A DNA stretch of 57,769 bases from a virus (taxonomy: Duplodnaviria > Caudoviricetes): the IMG/VR virus record IMGVR_UViG_3300043410_002285, positions 1 to 57,769 of that record, one strand, 5' to 3'. Positions 21,401-31,258 of this stretch are shown piece by piece. A program made the position numbers and the translations under genes. The notes under the pieces are model-generated. The model saw only the letters and a program-made list of their open reading frames with translations. It was not told where the DNA came from and searched no databases. Numbering within the stretch: position 1 is the stretch's first letter; each line of letters opens with the position of its first letter.

Positions 21401-24400
21401 TTCAGTACCATCTTCACCCGAAGTTCCTGATGTACCAGTTGAACCAGATTCGCCACTTATACCTGATGTACCATAAGAACCATCTGCACCACTTGATCCG
21501 TCACTACCTGTAGAACCAGATTCACCTGATTGTCCAGAAGTTCCGTTAGAACCATTATTACCTGAAGTACCATTAGATCCTGAAGATCCAGAAGCACCAC
21601 TTTCACCATTTAAACCACTTATACCTGAAGAACCTGAAGAACCTGTACTACCAGATGAACCGCTTTCGCCTGATTGTCCAGAAGTACCAAATGATCCATC
21701 ATTACCCGATGTACCGTCAGATCCTGTACTACCTGACTCACCTGAAACGCCTGAAGTCCCATAAGAACCATCATTACCAGATGTTCCATCGCTACCAGTT
21801 GATCCAGATTCACCACTTATTCCTGAGGTTCCATAAGAACCGTCTGCTCCTGAACTACCATCTGAACCTGTCGAACCAGACTCACCACTTAAACCAGATG
21901 TACCGAACGATCCATCATTACCAGATGTACCATCACTACCTGTGCTACCAGATTCACCTGATTGTCCAGAAGTTCCAAATGACCCATCATTACCAGATGT
22001 ACCATCACTACCTGTGCTACCACTTTCTCCTGATACACCACTTGTACCAGCCGAACCGTCTGCACCTGAAGAACCATCTGAACCCGTTGATCCAGATTCA
22101 CCTGAAATACCAGAGGTTCCAAAAGATCCATCTGCTCCTGAAGAACCATCTGAACCCGTTGATCCAGATTCACCTGAAATACCAGAAGTTCCATAAGAAC
22201 CGTCATCACCTGATGTACCACTTGTACCCGTAGAACCTGAATCCCCTGAAATACCAGAAGTTCCGTTTGAACCATTATCACCTGAAGTCCCATCTGAACC
22301 TGTTGAACCAGATTCTCCCGAAGCACCACTCACACCCCAAGAACCTTCAAAACCTGATGTACCTGAAGTACCATCAGAACCGCTTTCGCCTGAAATACCA
22401 CTTGTACCAAATGAACCGTCTAAACCACTACTACCGTTAGAACCATCAGAACCACTTTCACCTGAAATACCTGAAGTTCCAAATGAACCGTCAGCACCTG
22501 AAGTTCCATCCGAACCAGTACTACCTGATTCACCTGAAATACCACTTGTACCAAATGAACCATCAGCACCAGATGTACCATCTGAACCAGTACTACCTGA
22601 TTCACCAGAAACGCCAGAAGTACCAAATGAACCATCATTACCTGAAGTACCATCTGAACCTGTGCTACCACTTTCCCCTGAAACACCTGAAGTTCCGTTA
22701 TTACCACTAATACCGTCTGAACCATTTGAACCTGAAGTTCCTGAAAAACCAGATTCACCATTTAATCCATTTAAACCAGAAGATCCCGAAGAACCTGTTG
22801 AACCAGCGGAACCGCTTTCACCACTTATACCTGAAGTCCCTGTTGAACCGTTATCACCTGATGTACCATCAGAACCAGTTGATCCACTCTCACCTGAAAC
22901 ACCTGAAGAACCATAGGATCCATCTTCACCTGAAGTACCAGATGTACCCGTGCTACCAGATTCACCACTTATACCTGAAGTTCCAAATAAACCGTCTTCA
23001 CCTGAAGTACCATCTGAACCAGTACTACCTGATTCACCTGAAATACCTGATGTACCATAAGACCCATCAGCACCTGAAGTTCCATCCGAACCAGTTGATC
23101 CCGATTCTCCACTTATACCTGAGGTTCCATAAGACCCATCTTCACCAGAAGTACCTGATGTACCTGTGCTACCACTATCACCACTTATACCTGAAGTTCC
23201 GTTTGAACCATTATCACCAGATGTACCGTTAGAACCTGTTGAACCAGATTCACCTGAAATACCACTTGTACCTGTGGAACCATCTTCCCCTGAAATACCA
23301 CTTGTACCTGTGGAACCTGATTCACCTGATTCACCATTTGTACCAGTACTACCAGAGTCACCACTTGTTCCCGAAGAACCCGTACTACCTGAATCACCTG
23401 AAGAACCATTAGAACCTGATTCCCCGCTTAAACCGCTTGTACCATCAACACCACTCACACCATCAATACCATTTGAACCAGATGTTCCTGAAACACCACT
23501 TGTACCATTAGAACCATCATTACCTGAACTTCCATCAGAACCTGTGCTACCACTTTCTCCACTTATACCTGATGTACCATAAGAACCGTCAGCACCAGAT
23601 GTACCATCTGAACCTGTACTACCTGATTCACCTGAAATACCACTTGTACCAAATGAACCATCAGCACCAGATGTACCATCTGAACCAGTACTACCTGATT
23701 CACCTGAGATACCTGAAGAACCATAAGATCCGTCTTCACCTGATGTACCAGATGTACCAGTACTACCAGACTCTCCGCTTATACCTGAAGTTCCGCTTGA
23801 ACCATTATCACCTGAAGTCCCATCTGAACCAGTTGATCCACTCTCACCACTAGCACCGCTTACACCCCAAGAACCTTCAAAACCCGATGTACCTGAAGTA
23901 CCATCTGAACCAGATTCCCCGCTCATACCTGAAGTTCCGTATGAACCATCAGCTCCTGAAGTACCATCTGAACCAGTTGATCCAGAATCACCACTTATAC
24001 CATTTGTACCTGATGAGCCATTTAAACCACTTGTCCCATCAATACCACTTATTCCATCTAAACCATTAACACCACTTGTACCTGAATTACCAGAAGTTCC
24101 TGAAGAACCATCTTCACCTGAAGAACCTGATTCCCCGCTTATACCTGAGGTTCCATATGAACCATCATTACCACTCATACCAGATGTACCATCTGAACCA
24201 CTTTCACCACTTATACCTGAGGTTCCAGAAGTACCATCATACCCTGAAATACCATCTAAACCATTTATACCTGAAGTACCAGATTCACCAGAAGTTCCTG
24301 AAGAACCATCTTCAGCACTTGATCCTGAAGACCCACTTAAACCACTTGTCCCTGAATTACCTGAAGTACCATTTGTACCATCGTAACCAGAAATACCATC

Positions 24401-26200
24401 CAATCCATTGATACCTGACGTACCATCAGCACCAGTTGTACCAGATGAACCATCAAAACCAGAAATACCATCAAGACCATTTATACCTGACGTACCCGAA
24501 TTACCACTAGTTCCTGAAGAACCTTCCTCACCACTTGTACCATTTGTACCTGTTAAACCTGAAGTTCCAGAATTACCTGAGGTTCCTGAAGAACCATCAA
24601 ATCCACTTATACCATCTAATCCGTTAATACCAGAAGTACCATCGGCACCAGTTGTACCAGATGAACCATCAAAACCAGAAATACCATCTAATCCGTTAAT
24701 ACCAGAGGTACCAGAATTACCTGAAGTACCATCTGAACCCGACTCACCAGAACTACCTGACTCACCAGTTAAACCTGATGTACCAGAATTACCACTTGTA
24801 CCAGATGAACCATCAAAACCAGAAATACCATCAAGACCATTTACACCTGAAGTACCATCAGCACCAGTTGTTCCTGAAGAACCATCAAAACCAGAAATAC
24901 CATCAAGACCATTTACACCGCTCGTACCCGAATTACCCGAAGTACCGTCAGATCCTGATTCACCACTTGAACCCGACTCACCTGTTAAACCTGAAGTTCC
25001 AGAATTACCTGAGGTTCCTGAAGAACCATCGTATCCTGAAACACCGTCAAGACCATTTATACCACTTGTACCATCAGCACCAGTTGTACCAGATGAACCA
25101 TCGAAACCAGAGATACCGTCCAATCCATTAACACCTGAAGTACCTGAATTACCCGAAGTACCATCTGAACCCGACTCACCACTTGAACCCGACTCACCTG
25201 TTAAACCTGAAGTTCCAGAATTACCTGAAGTACCTGAAGAACCGTCAAAACCCGAAATACCATCTAAACCATTTATACCTGACGTACCATCAGCACCAGT
25301 TGTTCCTGAAGATCCGTCAAAACCTGAAATCCCATCAAGGCCGTTTATACCAGATGTTCCTGATTCACCAGAAGTTCCTGAAGAACCAGTTTCACCAGAA
25401 GTTCCTGATTCACCTGTTAAACCTGAAGTTCCTGAGTTACCAGAAGTTCCTGAAGAACCATCGTATCCTGAAATTCCGTCAAGACCATTAACACCTGAAG
25501 TACCATCAGCACCAGTTGTTCCTGAAGAACCATCAAATCCACTTATTCCATCTAATCCGTTTATACCTGAAGTACCCGAATTACCGCTCGTTCCTGAAGA
25601 ACCATCTTCACCACTTGTACCAGTTAACCCAGTAAGACCTGAAGTACCAGAATTACCAGAAGTTCCTGAAGAACCATCGTAACCTGAAACGCCATCTAAA
25701 CCATTAATACCACTTGTACCTGACGAACCGTCAAGACCTGATGTACCATTATAGCCAGAAATACCGTCAAGACCGTCAAGACCTGATGTACCAGAATTAC
25801 CTGAGGTTCCTGATGTACCGTCTGAGCCACTTAACCCTGAATAACCAGAAGTCCCTGAGGTACCAGAGGTACCAATAAATAAAGGTGAATAGGAATATTC
25901 ACCAGTAGTAGCATCAAAAGACACAAAATAACTTGGCGTGTTATTTTGGGTCATACCAGTAACAAATAATTGATTTAATGTGTATATACCCTTAAGATCT
26001 TGGGTATTTTCCCACTGATTAGTGGTGTTGTTATATACTAGAACATCCCCATCATTGGGGCCTGCGATTACAACGTCAGATAAATCTGTTATACCCAGAT
26101 TTTCTATTACGTCTTTTATATTCTGGAAGTTAGCATCTAATTCCGCATAGGACAATGCCCTTCCTAGATTGTCTCTAAGATAAATTGTTACTGTTGCCAT
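18476..26200 (-). CDS. Giant (2574 aa) acidic Gly-X-Y (collagen-like) fibre protein
   Basis: N-terminal LR..LGRALSYAELDANF and DLSDVVI..P.DGDVLVYN..T.QWEN, as in phage fibre N-termini; about 2290 aa of GES/GSD/GTS/GLD triplets; globular C-terminal domain. Confidence 0.82.
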   Translation of the reverse strand: MATVTIYLRDNLGRALSYAELDANFQNIKDVIENLGITDLSDVVIAGPNDGDVLVYNNTTNQWENTQDLKGIYTLNQLFVTGMTQNNTPSYFVSFDATTGEYSYSPLFIGTSGTSGTSGYSGLSGSDGTSGTSGNSGTSGLDGLDGISGYNGTSGLDGSSGTSGINGLDGVSGYDGSSGTSGNSGTSGLTGLTGTSGEDGSSGTSGNSGTSGINGLDGISGFDGSSGTTGADGTSGVNGLDGISGYDGSSGTSGNSGTSGLTGESGTSGETGSSGTSGESGTSGINGLDGISGFDGSSGTTGADGTSGINGLDGISGFDGSSGTSGNSGTSGLTGESGSSGESGSDGTSGNSGTSGVNGLDGISGFDGSSGTTGADGTSGINGLDGVSGYDGSSGTSGNSGTSGLTGESGSSGESGSDGTSGNSGTSGVNGLDGISGFDGSSGTTGADGTSGVNGLDGISGFDGSSGTSGNSGTSGLTGESGSSGESGSDGTSGNSGTSGINGLDGISGFDGSSGTTGADGTSGINGLDGISGFDGSSGTSGNSGTSGLTGTNGTSGEEGSSGTSGNSGTSGINGLDGISGFDGSSGTTGADGTSGINGLDGISGYDGTNGTSGNSGTSGLSGSSGSSAEDGSSGTSGESGTSGINGLDGISGYDGTSGTSGISGESGSDGTSGMSGNDGSYGTSGISGESGSSGEDGSSGTSGNSGTSGVNGLDGISGIDGTSGLNGSSGTNGISGDSGSTGSDGTSGADGSYGTSGMSGESGSDGTSGTSGFEGSWGVSGASGESGSTGSDGTSGDNGSSGTSGISGESGSTGTSGTSGEDGSYGSSGISGESGSTGSDGTSGADGSFGTSGISGESGSTGSDGTSGADGSYGTSGISGESGSTGSDGSSGNDGSNGTSGVSGTSGSNGIDGVSGVDGTSGLSGESGSNGSSGDSGSTGSSGTSGDSGSTGTNGESGESGSTGTSGISGEDGSTGTSGISGESGSTGSNGTSGDNGSNGTSGISGDSGSTGTSGTSGEDGSYGTSGISGESGSTGSDGTSGADGSYGTSGISGESGSTGSDGTSGEDGLFGTSGISGESGSTGTSGTSGEDGSYGSSGVSGESGSTGSDGTSGDNGSTGTSGISGESGSAGSTGSSGSSGLNGLNGESGFSGTSGSNGSDGISGNNGTSGVSGESGSTGSDGTSGNDGSFGTSGVSGESGSTGSDGTSGADGSFGTSGISGESGSTGSDGTSGADGSFGTSGISGESGSDGSNGSSGLDGSFGTSGISGESGSDGTSGTSGFEGSWGVSGASGESGSTGSDGTSGDNGSNGTSGISGDSGSTGTSGTSGDDGSYGTSGISGESGSTGSDGSSGADGSFGTSGISGESGSTGSDGSSGADGSAGTSGVSGESGSTGSDGTSGNDGSFGTSGQSGESGSTGSDGTSGNDGSFGTSGLSGESGSTGSDGSSGADGSYGTSGISGESGSTGSDGTSGNDGSYGTSGVSGESGSTGSDGTSGNDGSFGTSGQSGESGSSGSTGSSGSSGISGLNGESGASGSSGSNGTSGNNGSNGTSGQSGESGSTGSDGSSGADGSYGTSGISGESGSTGTSGTSGEDGTEGTSGRSAASGSTGTSGTSGEDGTEGTSGISGESGSTGSDGTSGNNGSFGTSGVSGESGSTGSDGSSGNDGSFGTSGQSGESGSTGSDGSSGADGSYGTSGVSGESGSTGSDGTSGNDGSFGTSGISAESGSTGSSGTSGENGSFGTNGESGESGSSGSTGSSGSSGISGLNGESGASGSSGTNGTSGNNGSNGTSGVSGQSGSTGSDGSSGADGSNGTSGISGESGSTGSDGSSGYDGSNGTSGISGESGSTGSDGSSGADGSYGTSGISGESGSTGSNGTSGDSSSTGTSGTSGESGSAGTNGISAESGSTGTSGTSGDNGSNGTSGISGESGSTGSDGTSGADGSYGTSGVSGESGSTGSSGTSGEDGSYGTSGMSGESGSTGSDGTSGESGSSGSNGSSGDSGSTGSSGTSGDSGSTGTSGSSGDSGSTGSNGTSGDSGSTGSNGTSGDSSSTGTSGTSGESGSTGTNGISAESGSTGTSGTSGEDGSYGSSGVSGESGSTGSDGSSGADGSFGTSGMSGESGSTGSDGSSGDSGSTGSSGTSGDSGSTGSNGTSGESGSAGSTGSSGSSGLSGLNGESGFSGTSGSNGSDGSSGDSGSTGSSGSSGDSGSTGSNGTSGDSGSTGTSGSSGDSGSTGSNGTSGDSGSTGTSGSSGESTSSGTSGSSGSSGSTGTSGSAGESNSSGTSGSSGDSGSTGSNGTSGDSGSTGSNGTSGDSGSTGTSGSSGNSSSTGTSGTSGDSGSTGTSGSSGTSGSGGTYGGSSLSGSSGTSGSSGSAGSSGTSGISGNVGTNGTYVNVNVQAPLTGGGALTNDITIGVDIDNVASQNNLIIWDYANNRFQVLSDDFKYLSAFNAITIGQKQALYSDIYNVSGGSPTSTIIKTFNASHIAGLVIDYAIQNITSGGHRVGTFRSTHNNSLVTHDDTSTTSIGGVTGNCEFRTSYNSPDDFNLIINASDNDQYEIIYSVKLLLK
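19012..25873 (-). repeat. Coding Gly-X-Y repeat of fibre 2
   Basis: Near-uninterrupted Gly every third residue, D/E-rich; modules GINGLDGISGFDGSSGT and GESGSTGSDGTSGADGSYGTSGIS. Boundaries approximate. Confidence 0.95.
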
Positions 26201-26287
26201 TTATATTTGTTAGTTTAAACTACTAACATATAAATAGTATCAAATACCGATAAGGCAACAGTAACAATAAAATTTTTTAGGTTTTTT

Positions 26288-28753
26288 TTATTCAGTTATA
26301 ACCACATTAATCTTTTCAGCTTTTGAATTGTGTGTTAAATTTATTTTACCTGATTTAGGCATTTGTTTTTTTAACATCTCATCTGAGATAGGATCTTCAA
26401 TATACTTTTGAATGGTTCTTTGTATTTCTCTAGCACCATATAATTTATTAAAACCTTTCTCAAGAATAAAATCTTTAATTTTTTTATCAATTTTAAGATT
26501 AAAACCAACTTCTTTCAAATGATTTTCCAAATCTTTTAATTGTAGTTCAATAATTTTTAAAACATCTTCTTGTGTTAAATAATTAAAATACACAATTTCA
26601 TCTAAACGGTTAATAAATTCTGGTTTAAATGTTTTCTTAAGATTTTTCTCAATAATACTTTTTGAGTTTACTAATGCGTCAGCCTCTGAATCATTAAAAC
26701 CAATCTTTGTACCAAAATCTTGGACTTCTTTCAAACCAATGTTCGATGTCATGATAATAATTGTGTTTTTAAAATTGATTTTTCTACCGTTAGCATCGGT
26801 TAGATAACCTTCATCCAATAATTGCAACATTACGTTAAAAATGTCTGGATGGGCTTTTTCAATCTCATCAAATAAAACCAATGAATAAGGTTTATTCTTA
26901 ACTTTCTCGGTTAATTGACCACCTTCGTTATAACCAACGTATCCTGGGGGCGCTCCAATCAATTTACTGATGTTAAATTTCTCTGAATACTCAGACATAT
27001 CAACACGGATGATAGCGTCTTTAGAACCAAAAACTTTTTGAGCTAAAGATTTTGCTAATTCAGTTTTACCGACACCAGTAGGTCCAATAAATAAGAACGA
27101 ACCAATTGGTTTTGATTGTTTTCTAATACCAGTTCTATTTCTTTTGATAGATGAAACAACCTTCTCAATAGCATCGGATTGACCGATAACGCAATTTGAA
27201 AGTTCTTTATCCATTGATAATAATCTTGTTATTTCATTTTCAGAAACTTTACTCACGGGTATTCCAGTCATCATTGAAACAACTTCAGCAATCATGTCAT
27301 CAGTAACAATATTTCGTTTATCGTTAATCGATAATTTCCATGAAGAAGTTTCTTTTTCTAATTCTGTTAAAATTTTTTTCTCTTGATCACGAAGCTGTGC
27401 TGCTTGTTCAAAATTTTGGGTTTTAACAACTTGTTGTTTTTGATCTTTAATATCTTTCAACTTAGCCTCAAGATCTTTAATTTTTTGTGGTGCTTTAACA
27501 GCAACCTGAGTTCTTGACCCAGCCTCATCCATAATATCAATAGCTTTGTCAGGAAACTCTCTATTTGTGATATATCTGTCAGCCAAAGCAATGATTTCAT
27601 CAATAGCTTCTTCAGTATAAGTTACTTTATGGAAATCTTCATATTTTTCTTTTATGTTCATTAAGATTTCTTTTGTTTCACTTAAAATCGGTGGGTTAAC
27701 CATAACTTTTTGGAATCTTCGATCCAAAGCACCATCTTTTTCAATATGCTCACGATATTCATCTAACGTTGTTGCACCAATACATTGAAGTTCACCGCGA
27801 GCCAAAGCTGGTTTAAATACGTTTGCGGCATCTAAAGAACCAGATGAATTACCAGCACCAACGATTGTATGTAACTCATCAATAAATAAAATCACATTTG
27901 GGCTATCTTTAGCCTCATCAACAATCGCTTTAATTCTTTCTTCAAACTGACCACGATATTTTGTTCCAGCAACTAAAGATGTCATATCTAATGTAACAAC
28001 ACGCTTATTCATTAAAGGTCTTGGGCAGTCACCATTAGCAATTTTAATAGCCAAACTTTCAGCAATTGCTGTCTTACCAACACCTGGATCACCAATTAGT
28101 ATTGGGTTATTCTTTTTTCTTCTAGTCAAAATTTGACAAACCCTCTCAACCTCAGAAGTACGGCCAATAACTGGATCTAATTTACCTTCTTGTGCTAAAA
28201 TAGTTAAATCACGACCAAAATTGTCTAATGTTGGTGTTTTTGATTTAATGTTTTTATTTGCTTCGTTTAAAGGTTTTCTTTCTCTTGGTATTTCATCATC
28301 ATTTGAAAAAACACTAGATTGTGGTGTTGATAGTTGTTTAATTTTTTTGGCAATGAAAGTTTTTGTTAAACCATATTCTTTAAAAAGTTTAACAATTGCG
28401 TTATCCTTTTCCATTGAAATTAGAAAAAACAATTCAACCGTGATATAATCAGTTGGTTTTTTTCTAACAATACACTCCTTTATTATTTCCTGTAAATCAG
28501 ATTCAAACGGTAGGATATTATCTTGTTTGGTGCTTGATGAATCCGACAACCTTTTGTTAATGTCATTTAAATCATTTACCATCACATCAAAATCCAATAC
28601 TTTGTTTTTAACAACCTCGTATATCATATTTTCGGTTGTTAAAATACCGAATATTACGTGTTGCAGTCTAAGCATTGAATCATTATACTTAATTGCCGCA
28701 GATTGGCCCCTTGTAAAAGCGGCTCTTAGTTCATTTGTCATTCTTTCTTTCAT
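26288..28753 (-). CDS. clpC: ATP-dependent Clp protease ATP-binding subunit (ClpC-like)
   Basis: Clp N-domain; NBD1 GDPGVGKT / ILFIDELH; UVR coiled coil ([11 protein letters not shown]); NBD2 GPTGVGKT / LFDEIEKAH; IGF ClpP-docking loop (KIGF). Confidence 0.95.
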   Translation of the reverse strand: MKERMTNELRAAFTRGQSAAIKYNDSMLRLQHVIFGILTTENMIYEVVKNKVLDFDVMVNDLNDINKRLSDSSSTKQDNILPFESDLQEIIKECIVRKKPTDYITVELFFLISMEKDNAIVKLFKEYGLTKTFIAKKIKQLSTPQSSVFSNDDEIPRERKPLNEANKNIKSKTPTLDNFGRDLTILAQEGKLDPVIGRTSEVERVCQILTRRKKNNPILIGDPGVGKTAIAESLAIKIANGDCPRPLMNKRVVTLDMTSLVAGTKYRGQFEERIKAIVDEAKDSPNVILFIDELHTIVGAGNSSGSLDAANVFKPALARGELQCIGATTLDEYREHIEKDGALDRRFQKVMVNPPILSETKEILMNIKEKYEDFHKVTYTEEAIDEIIALADRYITNREFPDKAIDIMDEAGSRTQVAVKAPQKIKDLEAKLKDIKDQKQQVVKTQNFEQAAQLRDQEKKILTELEKETSSWKLSINDKRNIVTDDMIAEVVSMMTGIPVSKVSENEITRLLSMDKELSNCVIGQSDAIEKVVSSIKRNRTGIRKQSKPIGSFLFIGPTGVGKTELAKSLAQKVFGSKDAIIRVDMSEYSEKFNISKLIGAPPGYVGYNEGGQLTEKVKNKPYSLVLFDEIEKAHPDIFNVMLQLLDEGYLTDANGRKINFKNTIIIMTSNIGLKEVQDFGTKIGFNDSEADALVNSKSIIEKNLKKTFKPEFINRLDEIVYFNYLTQEDVLKIIELQLKDLENHLKEVGFNLKIDKKIKDFILEKGFNKLYGAREIQRTIQKYIEDPISDEMLKKQMPKSGKINLTHNSKAEKINVVITE

Positions 28754-28773
28754 ATTCGAATCTATATTTTATG

Positions 28774-28804
28774 CAAAGATAGTAATTATCTTGACAAAAC
28801 CAAA
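28774..28804 (-). promoter_or_regulatory. Bacteroidota housekeeping-sigma promoter for clpC
   Basis: Minus strand reads TTTG-N19-TATCTTTG(CA), matching the -33/-7 consensus TTTG / TAnnTTTG. A divergent TATTTTTG lies at 28813-28820 on +. Confidence 0.75.
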
Positions 28805-28835
28805 TTTTTTCTTATTTTTGTTACAAATAAATATC

Positions 28836-29072
28836 ATGGAAAAAATCACAGTCTATTTTAGAAACGGTAAATTCACTGAATTTGCTGATTATACCACATC
28901 AATGATTAGTGGTAACCACCTTATAATAACAACTAAGTCATCCGATTCGAATGATGATGGCCCAGTTGCTATAGCAAAGACAACTGTTATTGATTTAAGT
29001 TCAGTTGACAATTTTGTTAAAATAACACCAACAAGAAAATTTGATTTAGAAGAAAATGTCAGTACTAAGTAA
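28836..29072 (+). CDS. Hypothetical protein (78 aa; start MEKITVY)
   Basis: ATG at 28836 follows the divergent promoter; the longer ORF-track version runs antisense into clpC. Confidence 0.65.
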   Translation: MEKITVYFRNGKFTEFADYTTSMISGNHLIITTKSSDSNDDGPVAIAKTTVIDLSSVDNFVKITPTRKFDLEENVSTK

Positions 29073-29298
29073 ACAATATTTGGGTGAAAACGTTGTAGTT
29101 TCGTATGAAAGCTCAAATATCAAAGAAGGTAAATACAATACCAACACTAAAAAACTACAAGTAACTTTTAATAACGGTGCAATATATGAATATGATGATG
29201 TACCCCATGAAACTTTCGCTGCTATGAATTTAGCAGAAAGTCAGGGTAAATATTTTAATGCAAATATTGCAAAATCATATACTTATAGAAAACTTTAA
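29056..29298 (+). CDS. KTSC domain protein
   Basis: SSNI..GKY......L.VTFNNG..YEY.DVP...F......S.GKYFN..I pattern. Confidence 0.92.
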   Translation: MSVLSKQYLGENVVVSYESSNIKEGKYNTNTKKLQVTFNNGAIYEYDDVPHETFAAMNLAESQGKYFNANIAKSYTYRKL

Positions 29299-29301
29299 TC
29301 T

Positions 29302-29766
29302 ATGTACGTTGATATACGTAACGAATCAAGAGCTAACATAACCTTCCATAATATGGCAAAGGTTTCAATAAGAGGTACCCAAAACTATTTAGTTAAATGG
29401 TTTTTTAATGACGAATTTTTTGGGGAAATGTTTTTAAATAGTGGGACCTGGGGTGCCTATCCAATGTATGAAATTGGTAACTGGAAAATTGAATTTTGGC
29501 AAGAAAATAGGTTAATTTATACCTATAAAAACATTTTAGAAAAAAATAATATATTAATATTATTTGAAAATGATGGTAATGAATTTGGTCAGTACGTCAG
29601 AAAAATTAAAGAATTTTCTGATGAAATTACCGATAAATTTGAATGTAAAACCTCGATCTTCTTTAAAGATTCAGAATTATGTGATTTTAGTCAAAATAAG
29701 GCTATACCTTTAAGAATGAATGATTATGTCCTTAATTTTAAAATTATTTATACAAAAAAACTATAA
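29302..29766 (+). CDS. Hypothetical protein resembling the N-terminal part of the TibC-like glycosyltransferase
   Basis: Visual similarity to 1345..2613, e.g. WKIEFWQENRLIYTYKNILEKNNILI vs WNIKVFDMENNELVFEHIYNCENKRVYI. Confidence 0.6.
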   Translation: MYVDIRNESRANITFHNMAKVSIRGTQNYLVKWFFNDEFFGEMFLNSGTWGAYPMYEIGNWKIEFWQENRLIYTYKNILEKNNILILFENDGNEFGQYVRKIKEFSDEITDKFECKTSIFFKDSELCDFSQNKAIPLRMNDYVLNFKIIYTKKL

Positions 29767-30431
29767 TGGATAATTTAATTAAAATATACGATAAGGCAAT
29801 ACCCAGCGAAATTTGTGATTTTATTATAAATGAATTTGAAAACTCTAATACTCAAATGGAAGGTGTTAGTGGCGCTGGCGTCAATAAGTTGGTTAAATCC
29901 TCAACAGATTTAATGATACATCTAAATTTAGATAACCCAAATTGGAAATACATTTATGATTATTTAAGAGAGAATTTGTTAGGTAACCTTGTTGATTATA
30001 TCGAACATAATTCTTTTATGACAATAACAGGTGGTTTTTCATCAAAAGCTTCAGCAGTTAGAACAGCGCAATCTTGTTACATGGTTGGTAATAACGGCCA
30101 AGAGCACATGCAAATGCAAAGATATATCGATGACCAAGGTTATTATGCATGGCATCATGAAAATGAAGGTGGTATAACTAGTAAAAGAGAACTATTTTTT
30201 ATTTATTATTTAAATGATGTTGATACTGGTGGAGAGACGGAATTTAAATTTAACCCTTTAAAAGTTAAACCAGAAAGGGGTAAATTAGTCATAGCCCCAG
30301 CGTTATGGACACATAAACATCGTGGTAATCCACCACAAAATGGTCAATACAAATATATTATAACTGGATGGATTGAAAAAAGAGATGACCATTATATTTC
30401 TGAGGAATTTGAGGAAGATTACTTAATTTAA
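29766..30431 (+). CDS. 2OG-Fe(II) oxygenase
   Basis: WHHE (HxD/E), YLND...GGETEF, THKHRG and KYIITGW motifs. Confidence 0.9.
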   Translation: MDNLIKIYDKAIPSEICDFIINEFENSNTQMEGVSGAGVNKLVKSSTDLMIHLNLDNPNWKYIYDYLRENLLGNLVDYIEHNSFMTITGGFSSKASAVRTAQSCYMVGNNGQEHMQMQRYIDDQGYYAWHHENEGGITSKRELFFIYYLNDVDTGGETEFKFNPLKVKPERGKLVIAPALWTHKHRGNPPQNGQYKYIITGWIEKRDDHYISEEFEEDYLI

Positions 30432-30456
30432 CCAAAAAACCAGGTATTTATGTTAT

Positions 30457-31200
30457 ATGGACAACATTTTAAAAAGTTTTACTGTTCGACCTAGTTTATA
30501 TTCAGATATATGGGAAAATTCATCATCTGATAATTTTAAGGAAATAAAACTTAAAAAAGAAATTAGAGAACATTTAATTGCAATAGCAAAGGATTTTATA
30601 GAAAGTCTTGGTATTGATAGTTTTGCCATTGAGGATATCCTATTTGTCGGTAGTTTAGCTAATTACAATTGGTCCGAATATTCAGACATTGATCTACATG
30701 TTGTTATTGATAAAAAAGCGGTTAATGATGATGCTGTTTTAGTTGATGAATTTTTTACAGCAAAAAAAGAGTTGTATAATTTAAAACATGATATTAAAAT
30801 TAAAGGTTTTGATGTTGAGTTATATGTTCAAGACGCTGAAGAGGTTTTAGATACAGCAGATGGTATATACAGTATTTTATACAATAAATGGAGAAAAGAA
30901 CCGAATAAGCAAAAACCTGAAATCAATAAAAAAGATATTGTTAAGAAAGTTAAAGAGTTCAATCAAAAGTTAATTGATATTAATAATGAAGAGGACCCAG
31001 ATGCCAAAATTTTAAAACTAAAAAAACTCAAAGAAAAGATTAGAGCTTACAGAAAAAGCGGTTTAAACGCAACTGGTGAGTTCAGTACAGAAAATCTTGT
31101 TTTTAAATATTTAAGGAGATCTGGATACATGGACAAATTAGCCGATATGGGTATTGACGTAAAAGATGAATTTTTATCGCTAGAAAATTTTGAATATTGA
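30457..31200 (+). CDS. Pol-beta superfamily nucleotidyltransferase (phage type)
   Basis: GSLANYNW..YSDIDLH and DVELYVQ motifs. Confidence 0.8.
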   Translation: MDNILKSFTVRPSLYSDIWENSSSDNFKEIKLKKEIREHLIAIAKDFIESLGIDSFAIEDILFVGSLANYNWSEYSDIDLHVVIDKKAVNDDAVLVDEFFTAKKELYNLKHDIKIKGFDVELYVQDAEEVLDTADGIYSILYNKWRKEPNKQKPEINKKDIVKKVKEFNQKLIDINNEEDPDAKILKLKKLKEKIRAYRKSGLNATGEFSTENLVFKYLRRSGYMDKLADMGIDVKDEFLSLENFEY

Positions 31201-31258
31201 TATTTTCCTGTTTTTGCTTATATTTATAAGAACAATAATTATTTTAAATAAATGACAT

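Noticed and set aside
4341-25682. Long + strand Pro/Glu/Val-rich ORFs (4341..6299, 9063..10055, 12939..16739, 24408..25682) and many Leu/Gln/Val or Leu/Lys/Asn ORFs
   Set aside because: Antisense and off-frame shadows of the Gly/Ser/Thr repeats (GGT gives ACC/CCx on the other strand); no plausible starts or domains.
3950-25873. Repeats as a CRISPR array or satellite
   Set aside because: No constant repeat with unique spacers; variation is synonymous and in frame, so these are coding repeats.
28221-28835. ORF 28221..28448 and the N-terminal extension of 28527..29072
   Set aside because: Antisense to clpC; the promoter and ATG at 28836 give a better start.
30457-31200. Nucleotidyltransferase as the CCA-adding enzyme for the mostly CCA-less tRNAs
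   Set aside because: Only the generic GS..DxD motif is visible; class II CCA motifs (RRD, DPLR) are absent.
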